NCBI RefSeq assembly: GCF_004010195.1
Contig: NC_057756.1
Span: 4,433,936 to 4,497,935, forward strand
Source of the DNA: Chiloscyllium plagiosum
Taxonomy: Eukaryota
Direction of reading: 5' to 3'
DNA length: 64,000 nt
In this document: positions 1-13,800 of the stretch, piece by piece
Layout: each line of letters begins with the position of its first letter
Numbering within the stretch: position 1 is the stretch's first letter
Notes under the pieces: generated by a model
Database searches by the model: none
Told to the model about the DNA's origin: nothing
Seen by the model: the letters and a program-made list of their open reading frames with translations, nothing else
Translations under genes and position numbers: made by a program

Positions 1-1405
1 TAGAGTGGGACGATACAGATAGGGTTGGACAATGCTGATAAAGTTGGACGATGATCATAGGGTGGGATGATGCTGCTAGATTAGGACAATGCTGATAATA
101 TGGGCCGATGTTGATAGAGTGGCATGAAACTGATAAGGTGGGACATTTTTAAAAGAGTGGGATGATGTTGATAGAGTGGACGATGCTGATAGAGTGGGAC
201 AATGCTGATTCAGTGGGACGATGCAGGTAGAGTGGGACGATGCTGATAGAGCGGGATGATGCTGACAGAGTGGGACATTTTTGATAGCGTGGGACGATGC
301 TGATAGACTGGGACAATGCTGATATAGTGGGACAATGGTGACTCAGTGGGTCGATGCTGTAGAGTGGGACAATGCTGATAGAGTGGGACGATACTGATAG
401 AGTGGGACAGTGTTGATAGAGTGGGACAACACTAATAGAGTGGGACAATGTTGATAGAGTGGGACGATACTGATAGAGGGCGGCAGTGCTGATGGAGTGG
501 GACGATGCTGATAACGTGGGACGATGCTGATAGTGTGGGACAGTGCTGATAGTGTGGGTCAGTGCTGATAGAGTGGGACGATACAGATAGGGTTGGACAA
601 TGCTGATAAAGTTGGACGATGATCATAGGGTGGGATGATGCTGCTAGATTAGGACAATGCTGATAATATGGGCCGATGTTGATAGAGTGGCATGAAACTG
701 ATAAGGTGGGACATTTTTAAAAGAGTGGGATGATGTTGATAGAGTGGACGATGCTGATAGAGTGGGACAATGCTGATAGTGTGGGACAGTGCTGATAGTG
801 TGGGACAGTGCTGATAGAGTGGGACGATACAGATAGGGTTGGACAATACTGATAAAGTTGGACGATGATCATAGGGTGGGATGATGCTGCTAGATTAGGA
901 CAATGCTGATAATATGGGCCGATGTTGATAGAGTGGCATGAAACTGATAAGGTGGGACATTTTTAAAAGAGTGGGACGATGCAGATAGAGTGGTACGATG
1001 TTGATAGAGTGAGACGATGCTGATCGAGTGGGACTATGCTGATTTCGTGGGACGATGCTGTCAGAGTGGGATGATGCTGATAGAGTCGTGCCATGCTGAT
1101 TCAGTGAGGCGATGCTGATAGTGTGGGATGATGTTGATCGAGTTGGACGATGATGATGGGGTTGGATGATACTGATAGAGTGGGACGATGCTGATAGAGT
1201 GACATGATGCTGATAGAGTGGGACGATGCTGATAGAGTGGGGCAATATTGATAGTGTGGGACAATTCTGTTAGAGTGGGACGATACTGATAGTGTGGGAT
1301 GTTGCTGATAGAGTGGAACGATGCTGATAGAGTGGGGCGATACTGATAGAGTGGGACAATTCGGAGAGAGTGGGAGGATGCTGATATTGTGGGACAATGC
1401 TGATA
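1..1405. repeat. 19-bp tandem satellite (consensus TGATAGAGTGGGACGATGC) with higher-order duplicated blocks
   Basis: Dozens of diverged copies of the 19-mer. Block 1-209 recurs essentially identically at 569-777 and partly at 815-~975. Confidence 0.95.
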
Positions 1406-1699
1406 GCGAAAGAGGGTGTGTTTGTGAGGAACGTAGAGAGAGAGAGGGAGAGTCAAGGTGTGAAACTGGAGTCTCTCCGTCAGTGCCTGTGTAGCCTCCC
1501 AGGGGGTTTCCCCCCTGGAACTTTACCTGCTCTGTTTGTTAGGCTCCCTTCATCCCTCGCTCTGGCTTCCTTATCTCCACCCCATGTGTGGCATCACTCC
1601 TCTTCCACTGTCTCTCCTCCCTCGCCTTTCATTACCTCTATTTCCGTCATTGTGTTCTGTCTTTCATGTCTCCTTGCCCCTCTTTCCCGTCTCTCTCTC

Positions 1700-4600
1700 T
1701 CTTTTTCTTGTCGTCCTCCCTTGTCAGTCTCTCTCTCTTGTTGTCCTGCATCGCTGTGTCCTGTCTGTCTCTCTCTCTCCCCTGTATCACTGTGCCCTCT
1801 CTGTCTCTCGTTCAATTGCATCGCTATGCCCTCTGCCTCTCTCTCTCTCTCTCTCTCTCTGCCCCCTGCATCGCTGTGCCCTCTCTGTCAATCTCGTTCC
1901 TCTGCACCGCTGTGTCCTCTCTGTCTCTCTCTCTCGTTCCCCTGTATCGCTGTGCCCTCTCTGTGTCTCTCTCTCTCACTCCCCTGCATCGCTGTGCCCT
2001 GTCTCTCTCTCGCTCTCACTCATTCCCCTGCATCACTGTGCCATCTCTGTCTCTCCCATGTTCCCCTGCATCACGGTGCCCTCTCTGACTCTCTCGTTCC
2101 CTTGGTTCGCTGTGCGCTCTCTGTCTCTGTCTCTCTCTCTCTTTCNNNNNNNNNNNNNNNNNNNNNNNNNNNNNNNNNNNNNNNNNNNNNNNNNNNNNNN
2201 NNNNNNNNNNNNNNNNNNNNNNNNNNNNNNNNNNNNNNNNNNNNNNNNNNNNNNNNNNNNNNNNNNNNNNNNNNNNNNNNNNNNNNNNNNNNNNTCGTTT
2301 CCCTGCATTGCTGTGTCCTGTCTCTCTCTCGTTCCCCTGCAACGCTGTGCCCTCTCTGTATGTCTCATTCCCTTGTATCGCTGTGCCCCCTCTGTCCCTC
2401 TCTCCCTATCGTTCCCCTGCATCGCTGTGCCCTCTCTGTTTCTCTCATTCCCCTGTATCGCTGTGCCCTCTCTGTCTCTCTCCCTCTCGTTCCCCTGCAT
2501 CGCTGTGCCCTCTCTGTTCCTCTGTCTCTCTCGTTCCCCTGCATTGCTGTGCCCTCTCCGTCTCTCCCTCGTTCCCCTGCATCGCTGTTCCCTCTCTGTC
2601 TCTCCCTTGTCCCCCTGCATCGCTGTGCCCTCTCTGTCTCTCATGCCACTGCATTGCTATGCCCTCTGTATCTCTCTCTCTCGTTCCCCTGCATCGCTGT
2701 GCCCTCTCTGTATCTCTCATTCCCTTGTATCGCTGTGCCCTCTTTGTCTCTCTCTCCCTCTCGTTCCCCTGCATCGCTGTGCCCTCTCTGTTTCTCTGTC
2801 TCACTCGTTCCCCTGCGTTGCTGTGCCCTCTCTGTCTCTCCCTTGTTGCCCTGCATCGCTGTGCCCACTCTGTCTCTCTCTATCTCTCGTTCCTCTGCAT
2901 CACTGTGCCGTCTCTCTCTCACTCCCTCTTTCCCCTGCATCGCTGTGTCCTCTCTGTCTCTCTCATTCCCCTGCATCGCTGTGCCCTCTCTGTCTCTCTC
3001 ACTCTCTTACTCGTTCCCCTACATCGCTGTGCCCTGTCTCCCTCTCACTCTCTAGTTCCCATGCATCGCTCTGCCCTCTTTGTCTCTCTGTTCCCTTACA
3101 TTGCTGTGCCCTCTCTGTCTCACATTCCCCTGGATCGCTGAGCCGTCTCTGTCACTGTCTCTCGTTCCCCTGTATCGCTATGCCCTCTGTGTGTCTCTCT
3201 CTCTCCCCTGTATCGTTCTGCCCTCTCTGTCTCTCTCTCTCTCTATTGTTCCCCTGCATCGCTGTGCCCTCTCTTTCTCTCTCGTTCCTCTGCATCGCCG
3301 TGTCCTCTCCGTCTCTCTCTCTCTCGTTCCCCTGCATCGCTGTGCCCTCTCTTTCTCTCTCATTCCCCTGCATCACTCTGCCCTCTCTGTCTCTCTCGTT
3401 CCCTTGTGCATCGCTGCGTCCTCTCTGTCCTCTCTGTCTCTCTCTCTCGTTCCCCTGTATTGCTGTGCCCCCTCTCTCTCTCTCATTCCCCTGCATCGCT
3501 GTGCCCTCTCTCTCTCCATTGCATCGCTGCGCCCTCTCTTTCTCTCCCTCATTCCCCTGCATCACTGTGCCCTCTCTATCAATCTCGTTCCCCTGCATCG
3601 CTGTGCCCGCTCTGTCTCTCTCGATCACTCGTTCCCTTGCATCGCTGTGCATTCTCTGACTCTTTCTCTCTCATTCCCCTGCATCGCTGTGCCCTCTCTC
3701 TCTCGTTCCCCTTCATCGCTGTGCCCTCTCTGTCTCTCCCTCGTTTCCCTGCATCGCTGTCCCGTCTCTGTCTCTCTCGTTCCTTTGCATCGCTGTACCC
3801 TCTCTCTCTCTCTCTCGCTCTCTGTCTCGTTCCCATGCATCGCTGTGCTCTCTCTCTCACACACACACATTCTCCAGCATCACGGCGCCCTCTCTGGCTC
3901 TCTCTCCAGATCCACCGCATCTCTATGCCCTCTGTTCTCTCTCTCTCGATACCCTGCATCTCTATGCCCTCTCTGTCTCTCTCTCTCTCGATCCCCTGGA
4001 TCATGTGCCCTCTCTGTCCCTCTCTCTCTCTCTCCACTGCATCGCTGTGCCCTCTCTGTCTCTCGCGCGTTCCCCTGCATCACTGTGTCCTCTCTGTCTC
4101 TCTCTAATTCTCGTTCCCCCGCATCGCTCTGCCCTCTGTCTCGTTCTCTCCCGTTCCCCTGCATTGCTGTGCCCTCTCTCTGTCGTTCCCCTGCATCGCT
4201 GTGCACTCTTTGTCTCTCTCTCTCGTTCCCCTGCATCACTGTGCCCTCTTTGTCTCTCTTTATCTCTCGTTCCCTTGCATTGCTGTGCCCTCTCTGTCTC
4301 TCGTTCCCCTGCATCGCTGTGTCCTTTCTCTCTCTCTCGTTCCCGTGCATCGCCGTTCCCTCTCTGCTTCTCTCTCTCTTTCTCGTTCCCTTGCATCGCT
4401 GTGTCCTCGCTCTCTCTCATTCCCCTGCATCGCTGTGCTCTCTCTCTCTCTCTCTCTTTCTCGTTCTCCTGCATCGCTGTGCCCTCTCCCTCTGTCTCGC
4501 TCCCCTGCATCACTGTGCTCTCTCTGTCTGTCTCTGTCATTCCCCAGCATCGCTGTGCCCTCTCTCTCTCTCCCTCTCGTTCTCCTGCATCACTGTGCCC

Positions 4601-7600
4601 TGTCTGTCTCTCTCCCTCATTCCCCTGCATCGCTTTGCCCTGTCTCTCTCTCGCTCTCTCGTTCCGCTGCATCTCTGTGCCCTGTCTCTCTCTTGTTCCA
4701 CTGCATCGCTGTGCCCTCTGTCTCTCTCATTCCCCTGCATCGCAGTGTCCCCTCTGTCTCTATCTATCTCTCGTTCACCTGCATCGCTGTGCTCTCTCTC
4801 TCTCGCGCTCATTCCCCTGAATCACTCTGCCCTCTCTGTCTCTCTCGTTCCCCTGCATTGCTGTGCCGTCTCTCTCGCTCATCCCCTTGCATCGCTGCGC
4901 CCTCTCTCTCTCTCCACTGCATCGCTGTGCCCTCTCTTTCTCTCCCTCATTCCCCTGCATCGCTGTGCCCTTTCTGTTTCTCTCTATCTCTCGTTCACTT
5001 GCATTGCTGTGCCCTCTCTCTCTCGTTCCCCTGCATCGCTGTGCCCTCTCTGTCTCATTCTCTCTCTTTCTCATTCCCTTGCATCGCTGCCCTCGCTCTC
5101 TCTCTCATTCCCCTGCATCGCTGTGCCCTCTCTGTCTCTCTATCTCTCTCTCTCGATCCCCTGCATCTCTATGCCCTGTCTGTCTCTCTCTCTCGATCCA
5201 CTGTATCTCTATGCCCTGTCTGTCTCTCTGTCTCTCTCTCTCGATCTTCTGCATCACTGTGTCCTCTCTGTCTCTTTCTATCTCTTGTTCCCCTGCATTG
5301 CTGTGCCCTCTCTGTCTCGTTCTCTCTTGTTCCCCTGCATCGCTGTGCCCTCTCTCTCTCTCGTTCCCCTGCATCGCTGTGCCCTCTCTGGCTCTCTCTC
5401 TCTCGTTCCCCTGCATCACTGTGCCCTGTCTGTCTCTCTCTATCTCTCGTTCCCTTGCATGGCTGTGCCCTCTCTGTGTCTCGTTCCCCTGCATCTCTGT
5501 GCCCTGTCTCTCTCTTGTTCCCCTGCATCGCTGTGCCCTCTGTCTCTCTCATTCCCCTGCATCGCTGTGTCCTCTCTGTCTCTCTCTATCTCTCGTTCAC
5601 CTGCATCGATGTGCCCTCTCTCTCTCGCGCTCATTCCCCTGTATCACTCTGCCCTCTCTGTCACTCTCGTTCCCCTGCATTGCGGTGCCTTCTCTCTCGC
5701 TCATCCCCCTGCATCGCTGCGCCCTCTCTCTCTCCACTGCATCGCTGTGCCCTCTCTTTCTCTCCCTCATTCCCCTGCACCGCTGTGCCCTTTCTGTTTC
5801 TCTCTATCTCTCGTTCACTTGCATTGCTGTGCCCTCTCTCTCTCGTTCCCCTGCATCGCTGTGCCCTCTCTCTCTCTCTCGTTCCCCTGCATTGCTGTGC
5901 CCTCTCTGTCTCTTTCTCTCTCTTTCTCATTCCCTTGCATCGCTGCCCTCTCTCTCTCTTATTCGCTGCATCGCTGTGCCCTCTCTGTCTCTCTCTCCCT
6001 CTCATTCCCCTGCACGGCGCTGCACTTTCTGTTTCTCTCTATCTCACGTTCACTTGCATGGCTGTGCCCTCTCTCTCTCGTTCCCCTGCATCGCTGTGCC
6101 CTCTCTCTCTCTCGTTCCCCTGCATCACTGTGCCCTCTATGTCTCATTCTCTCTCTTTCTGATTCCCTTGCATCGCTGCCCTCGCTCTCTCTCATTCCCC
6201 TGCATCGCTGTGCCCTCTCTGTCTCTCTCTCTCTCTCGATCCCCTGCATCTCTATGACCTCTCTGCCTCTCTCTCTCGATTCCTTGTATCTCTATGCCCT
6301 GTCTCTCTCTATCTTGATCCCCTGCATCACTGTGCCCTCTCTGTCTCTCTCTATCTCTCGTTCACCTGCATCGCTGTGCCCTCTCTGTCGCGTTCTCTCT
6401 TGTTCCCCTGCATCGCTGTGCCCTCTCTGTCTCTCTCTCTCTCGCTCTCTCTCGTTCCCCTGCATCGCTGTGCTCTCTGACTCTCTCACTCTCTCGATCC
6501 CCTGCATCTCTATGCCCTCTCTCTCTCTCTCTCTCGATCCCCTGCATCACTGTGTCCTCTATCTCTCTCGTTCCCCCTGCATCACTGTGCCCTCTTTGTC
6601 TCTCTCTATCTCTCGTTCCCTTGCATGGCTGTGCCCTCTCTGTCTCTCGTTCCACTGCATCGCTTTGCCCTTTCTCTCGCTCTCTCGTTCCCCTGCATCA
6701 CTGTGCCCTCTTTGTCTCTCTCTGTCTCTCGTTACCTTGCATTGCTGTGCCCTCTCTGTCTCTCGTTCCCCTGCATCGCTTTGCCCTTTCTCTCGCTCTC
6801 TCGTTCCCCTGCATCCCTGTGCCCTCTTTGTCTCTCTCTATCTCGCGTTCACTTGCATTGCTGTGTCCTCTCTCTCGTGCCTCTGCATCGCTGTGCCCTC
6901 TCTCTCTCTCTCACGTTCCCCTGCATCGCTGTGCCCTCTCTCTCTCTTTCTCTCTCTCTCACGTTCCCCTGCATCGCTGTGCCTCTCTCTCTCTTTCTCT
7001 CTCTTTCTCATTCCCTTGCATCGCTGTCCTCGCTCTCTCTCTCGTTCCCCTGCATCGCTGTGCACTCTTTGTCTCTCTCTCTCATTCCCTTGCATCGCTG
7101 TGCCCTCTCTGTCTGTCTCTCTCGTTCCCCTGCATCGCTGTGCCCTCTCTGGCTCTCTCTCTCTCGTTCCCCTGCATCCCTGTGCCCTCTTTGTCTCTCT
7201 CTATCTCTCGTTCCCTTGCATTGCTGTGCCCTCTCTGTCTCTCGTTCCCCTGCATCGCTGTGCCCTTTCCCTCTCGCTCGTTCCCCTGCATCGCCGTTCC
7301 CTCTCTGCCTCTCTCTCTCTTTCTCGTTCCCTTGCATTGCTGTGTCCTAGCTCTCTCACTCATTCCCAGCATCGCTGTGCCCTCTCTGTCTCTCTCTCTT
7401 TCTCGTTCTCCTGCATCGCTGTGCCCTCTCCCTCTGTCTCGCTCCCCTGCATCACTGTGCTCTCTCTGTCTCTGTCTCTCTGTCATTCCCCTGCATCACT
7501 GTGCCCTCTCTGTTTCTCACTTTCTCGTTCCCCTGCATCGCTGTGCCCTCTCTGTCTCTCACTCCCCTGCATCGCTGTGTCCTTTCTCTCTCTCTCGTTC

Positions 7601-9476
7601 CCGTGCATCGCCGTTCCCTCTCTGCTTCTCTCTCTCTTTCTCGTTCCCTTGCATCGCTGTGTCCTCGCTCTCTCACTCATTCCCCAGCATCGCTGTGCCC
7701 TCTCTGTCTCTCTCTCTCTTTCTCGTACTCCTGCATCGCTGTGCCCTCTCTCTGTCTCTCGCTCCCCTGCATCACTGTGCTCTCTCTGTCTCTCTCTGTC
7801 ATTCCCCTGCATCACTGTGCCCTGTCTGTCTCTCACTTTCTCGTTCCCCTGCATCGCTGTGCCCTCTCTGTCTCTCGCTCCCCTGCATCACTGTGCCCTC
7901 TCTGTCTCTCTCCCTCAGTCCCCTGCATCACTTTGCCCTGTCTCTCTCTCTCTCTCTATCTCTCTCGTTCCCCTGCATCGCTGTGCCTTGTCTCTCTCCC
8001 TGTCGTTCTCCTGCATCACTGTGTCCTCTCTGTCTCTCTCCCTCATTCCCCTGCATCGCTTTGCCCTGTCTCTCTCTCTCTCACGTTCCCCTGCATCTCT
8101 GTGCCCTGTCTCTCTCCTGTTCCCCTGCATCGCTGTGCCCTCTGTCTCTCTCATTCGCCTGCATCGCTGTGTCCTCTCTGTCTCTCTCTCTCTCCTTCCC
8201 CTGCATCGCTGTGCCCCCTCTCTCTCACGCTCATTCCCCTGTATCACTCTGCCCTCTCTGTCTCTCTCGCTCCATTGCATCGCTCTGTCCTCTCTGTCTC
8301 TCTCTCGTTCCCCTGCATTGCTGTGCCGTCTCTCTCTCTCTCATCCCCCTGCATCGCTGTGCCCTCTCTCTCTCTCCACTGCATCGCTGTGCACTCTCTT
8401 TCTCTCCCTCATTCCCCTGGATCGCTGTGCCCTCTCTGTCAATCTAGTCCCCTGCATCGCTGGGCCCTCTCTGTTTCTCTCTATCTCTCGTTCCCTTGCA
8501 TCGCTCTGCTTTCTCTGTCTCTTTCTGTCTCATTCCCCTGCATTGCTGTGCCAGGTCTCTCTCTGTCTCTCGTTCCCCTGCATCGCTATGTCCTCTCTGG
8601 CTCTCCCTCGTTCTCCTGCATCGCTGTGCCCTCTTTATCAATCTCGTTCCCCTACATCGCTGTACCCTCTCTGTCTCTCTCTCTCGATCCTCTGCATCTC
8701 TATGACCTCTCTGCCTCTCTCTCGATCCCTTGTATCTCTATGCCCTGTCTCTCTCTCTCTCTTGATCCCCTGCATCACTGTGCCCTCTCTATCTCTCTCT
8801 ATCTCTCGTTTCCCTGCATCGCTGTGCCCTCTCTCTCTCGTTCCCCTGCATCGCTGTGCCCTCTCTCTCTGTCGTTCGCCTGCATCGCTGTGCACTCTTT
8901 GTTTCTCTCTATCTCTCGTTCCCTTGCATTGCTGTGCCCTGTCTCTCCCTCTCTCTCATTCCCCTCCATCGCTGTGCACTCTCTGTCTGTCTCTCTTATT
9001 CCCCTGCATCGCTGTGACCTCTCTGGTTCTCTCTCTCTCTCTCGTTCCCCTGCATCGCTTTGCCCTCTCTGTCTCTCTCTATCTCGCGTTCCCTTGCATT
9101 GCTGTGTCCTCTCTCTCTCTCGTGCCCCTGCATCGCTGTGCCCTCTCTCTTATTCCCCTGCATCGCTGTGCCCTCTCTGGCTCTCTCTCTGTCTCGTTCC
9201 CCTGCATCGCTGTGCTCTCTCTCTTTCTCTCTCTCTCTCTCGATCCCCTGTATCTCTATGTTCTCTCTCTCTCTCACACTCTCTCTCTCGATCCCCTGCA
9301 TCACTGTATCCTCTCTGTCTCTCTCTATCTCGCGTTCCCCTGCATCGCTGTGCCCTCTCTCTCTCTCGTTCCCCTGCATCGCTGTGCACTCTCTGTCTCT
9401 CTATCTCTCGTTCCCCTGCATTGCTCTGGCCTCTCTCTCCCTCTCTCTCTCTCGTTCCCCTGCATCGCTGTGCCAT
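1700..9476. repeat. Pyrimidine-rich minisatellite, core CGTTCCCCTGCATCGCTGTGCCCT plus a variable (CT)n spacer, unit ~35-45 bp
   Basis: The core motif repeats continuously for ~7.8 kb with extreme C/T strand bias. It contains a 149-N gap. Confidence 0.97.
2146..2294. other. Assembly gap (149 N)
   Basis: Run of N. Confidence 1.
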
Positions 9477-10855
9477 CTAGGTAATATGTTATGTGTGCAT
9501 AAAGAACTTTTCAGGAGTAAAATGCCAGTTTGTTGATAAACCAATGTTGACTGCTTGGAATTTGTTAATGCGTTCAAGGTGGAGACCTATGAAAGTGACC
9601 TGGAATAAATGCTTGCTATAAAGGGATAATTTGAACAAAGAGAGAAACACCTTCACACCAATTGAGAAAACTTATGTCAACTCTCGTGCACATACAATCA
9701 AGTGAAATAAAGAAACCCAAAGCCTTTGTTTTTCATTCTTGCAGGTAACATTGAGTGTGATATATTCAGGAGTCTCAAAAACGAATATTCCAAGATATGT
9801 TAGGCAGATGACGTTTATGAAGTGCAATCTCAACTGGAGAGAATAAATTTCAAAAACTGGTACATTTTGTTAGATAGTCTTGAAGCAGGTTCAGCAGGAA
9901 GTATAAAACAAACGAGTTGAGATAGTAAAATACTTCCCTAACATTTGGGAAGCTTTACAGTCAAGTAATAATATCATCCGAACTCTGTAATCTCTATCTT
10001 TGAAGAATGAATAACGCAACAACAAATTGATTGGATTTAACATCCTGAAGTTATGGATTTTACCAGAATCTTGAAACAACTGCAGGGCTTCGAAATCGAC
10101 TATTGTAGGATATCAAAAGAAAGACAAATCAAATAATTGAACACTTACGGATGTTTTCCAACAGAGGGAAACATACTGCAGTAAGCGTTTTGACCCAATG
10201 AATCTTGGGTGACTGACAAAACAAGGAGGTGAATACATGCTGCTGAAGATTTTGAACATGTTGGAAATCTTCAATGGAAAGTTTCAGAGATATTATGAAA
10301 GAATGACTTGAAAAACAAAAGCTTCAAAATAAAACAAAACAAAGTATTACCTCTTCAAAACAAAAGTTCACAGCTTGGCAAAGTAAAAGATCCTGCAGAG
10401 GACTTCTAGTCTCCTCAGCCTCCATTGATTTGGAGTAAACAACTCGTGTTAAATCGCAAAAAAAAAGCAAAGTGAAAGGAAATATGCACTTGGACTTTGC
10501 AACTTCAACGTCATGTGCAATATTACTAAAGTTAAATGAGAGCAAAAAAAACAATTTTCTTGGAACATTTTGAAATAGTCCATGTCACTTCGGAAATTGT
10601 TAACTTTTTGATCTTGGTTTCATTCTCTTCTTTTCGCAGAAATAAAACTTTTATTGTTTTGCTTGGTTTCCTTTTTTAATTTGATATTTCATTGATTTCA
10701 TTTATGTTCTTCTATACACTCTAACTTAAATGTCAGCTTTCATCAAAACATTGGTGAAACCATATTTGAAGTTAAAGGCTTTTGATTCTTTGCTTGAGTA
10801 TTTTATTAGTTGTGATGAAGATAATATCACTTAGTTTTACATATTCTCCAAACAG

Positions 10856-10882
10856 AGCTAAAACTACGTGAAAAAAACAAGG
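10856..10882 (+). CDS. Micro-exon, 27 nt, (E)LKLREKNK
   Basis: attctccaaacag|AGCTAAAACTACGTGAAAAAAACAAGG|gtaagt. Confidence 0.75.
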
Positions 10883-13800
10883 GTAAGTAACCGAATGGAT
10901 TTGATAAATAAATTAAAATTTGGGGAATTAATATCAAATCAAATCAAAGTACTTACTCTTCACCTGGAACTTTGATTATATTATTTGTGTCACTTACTTA
11001 AAAGCATTATGACGCAGAAAAGAAAGGATTTTAAAAAAATATTTTAATTTGAACAGTCACTACAGAAAATCATAATCAGGAATACAGCAGTTTATGTATT
11101 TGACCTTCAGTCGAATCTTAAACAGATTCTCTTTCAGGTCGGCAATGTCCAAACGCCAGGTGTTCATTGATAGTCATTGATTTTTTTTGTTCAATGATCA
11201 CTTCAATTTTTATTCGTGAAAATGGACACTAAGTTTTCCATTTTCAGAAAATTGGGAACATCACTAACAATGCCAAATAGCTTAATTGACTGAATTCAAA
11301 TTCCTTCACTTATCTTCCAGCTTATGAAAATTTAATGACAGGGACTAAATTTGTTCAAATTTTCATTCGGTTGAAGACATATTCAGCTGTATTTTACTTC
11401 AAAGAATATCATTAGGTGACATGTTATGAGGAATTTACTTGGACGTGAGAGATTATTATCTTTCATACTCTTTGTGCACAATCATTTGTTGGGAAATATT
11501 TCAGAAATTTTCACGCTCCTAAAAGCATCTAAGGGGATAATCATTTGTGATCTTCAAAGCAAACTCTCTTCTCCATGATTTTCAAAATATGCGCAAACAT
11601 TTTCCAATAAGTCAATATAGGACCAAAAGAGAAGCGTTAAGCCATTCAGAATCCTTTCATCTCCATGGCTTTCTCACCATAATTGTTCAGTTTCATCCGT
11701 CACATTGTGAATAGCTATTTCCACAGCACTTGCCGTCATTTGTAGCCCGAATTGAATTATTGTCAAACAAATATATACTTGCATATCCTTTAGTTAGGTG
11801 TTCCATCCAGTAGGACAAAATTCCCTTCCTAATTACTTTCTGATCTCCTAAGCTTCCTCACTGCTGAATTCATTCACAAAAATCGTTATCTTCATTTAGA
11901 AATCTGTTCTCTCTTTGTGGTTACACAGGCAGGAGAATATAATTTCTGGATATGTTCTATATTTTACTGTTATAGAGTCATAGAGTGTTACATTATGGAA
12001 ACGGACCATTTGAAGTAATAAGCCATGCCAAACATGGGACATTTGATTAAGTACCTACCTGCCCCTTGCCCATGTCCGTCCAACCCTTTCTCATGCACCT
12101 ATTTATCCAAATGTTTATTTTACAACATTGGAAATGCGCCCACACAAAACACTTCCTTAGTAAGTTTATTTCACATGTCAACCACCCTCTTTGTAAAAGA
12201 AATGTCTCGCTCACCTTTTTTTTTCCAAACTCTACTCTCAACATAAAAAAGCACCCATGAGTCTTGAAATCCCCTATCCTACTATTAAGCCTATCTGAAC
12301 CCCGCTTCTATAAAATTGTATGAGGTTACCTCTCAACCTCCTACACTTCAATATAAAAATAATCTCCCATTTTATCCAGCATTTCTTTGTAACTCGATCT
12401 TCCATATCCGGCGACATGCTGGTAAATATGTTCTGAACGCTCTCCTGCTTGATAATAGCTTTCTTAGAAATGGGGGCCAGAACTAGACACTGCACACCAG
12501 GAGAGGCCTCACTAATGTACTGCCCGATCTCAACATGACTTCCCAACTCCTGTACTCAAAAGAATGAGCAATGATGACATGTGTGCTAAAAAGTCTTTCT
12601 AACAACTCTGTCTATATGTGATGCAAATGTAAATAATTAGATACCTGAAACTATAGGATCTTCTCTCTCCAACTTTGAAACTGCAAGAATCCACATTCAT
12701 TATTTTCAATCTCTCATCATAGAACAATCATTTCATCACAGCAATCAGTCAATCTAGTCTATGCTGCACTACTTCTAAAAAAAAATGCCTTCTGGCGACA
12801 AGGTAATCATAGCCTGAATAAATGCACTAGAGCCGTCTCAGTCGTCCTCAGCACAATTAAAATGTAAATTATTTGTGCATTCAGTTCAGTCCTGACATGC
12901 TAGCAATCAGGCCTTCCAGATTGAATATTGCAATCGATTGTTATGCTTTCATTGAACTATGGACAAAAATACTGTGATCATCGTTGAGATTCATACTTTC
13001 CAATACAACAACATTTGTCTGTCTACACGTGTCTGTCTTACACATTTAAAATCCACTAAATCCGTTTTGGTCGTTCACTTCTACTTCCATTCAGGGTATC
13101 TTTCATGCCTTCGCATGACACATGTTCCCGCATTTTTATTTAAACAATTACATTGTGATGAACGCAATTGTTAAACAGTTATATATCATGAATATAATTT
13201 ATCAAAACCTGGAGGTGAAGCACTATACTTTAAAATAATTAATTGTTCAACTTTCCTACTTCTTTCAAGAATTTCTATCCATATCAAAGAAATATTCCTA
13301 GTCTCATAGTTTTAAACTTCTTTGCAATATATACATGTGAAAGATTGTTAACGTCTTCTGAAAATCAAAGCACAAAACATACACTGATTCTCTCTTAACA
13401 ATTCTGCCGGTAACTCTAACAACTCTATATTTGATGCAAACAAGAATTCCCAATTATAGATCAATGTTCACGCTGAGTAATCAGTTATTTTGTCCTTCTT
13501 TACAAAAAAAGTAATTAATTTCTTTAAAATAGAGTCACGAATTACTTAACTTTAATCTCAGATTAATTTGCTTAAAGCTCTAATTTCTTCTATCCTTCCT
13601 TTCCAAACCTGCGTAGTTCTGTTTGCAATATGCTGATGTACAGGAATCATCGCAGAATTAATACCATATTTCCTAAATAGAACGAAAAATTATCACAAAA
13701 ATCATTGATTATGTTCACAGCCATTTTATTCCTTTTCCAAAACTATCCGATAAATTTCATCATACCAAGGGTCATTGACAAATCTACCTCGCATTTATTT

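Noticed and set aside
149..1456. Minus-strand ORFs with PLYQH/SHSIS repeats; superficially CRISPR-like periodicity
   Set aside because: Translations of a 19-bp satellite. There are no unique spacers or cas genes, and the context is eukaryotic.
1397..9536. Very long ORFs (up to 2134 aa) rich in S/L/P/C or E/R
   Set aside because: They come from a stop-poor tandem repeat that is open in several frames and on both strands; there is no domain signal.
9745..10460. Strong acceptor followed by a protein-looking frame (GNIECDIFRSLKNEYSKIC*...)
   Set aside because: About ten stops and no recognisable family; I cannot distinguish it from AT-rich background without a tBLASTx search.
10640..10665. Strong acceptor plus (E)IKLLLFCL candidate micro-exon
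   Set aside because: 26 nt with a poor donor (gtttcc); not frame-preserving.
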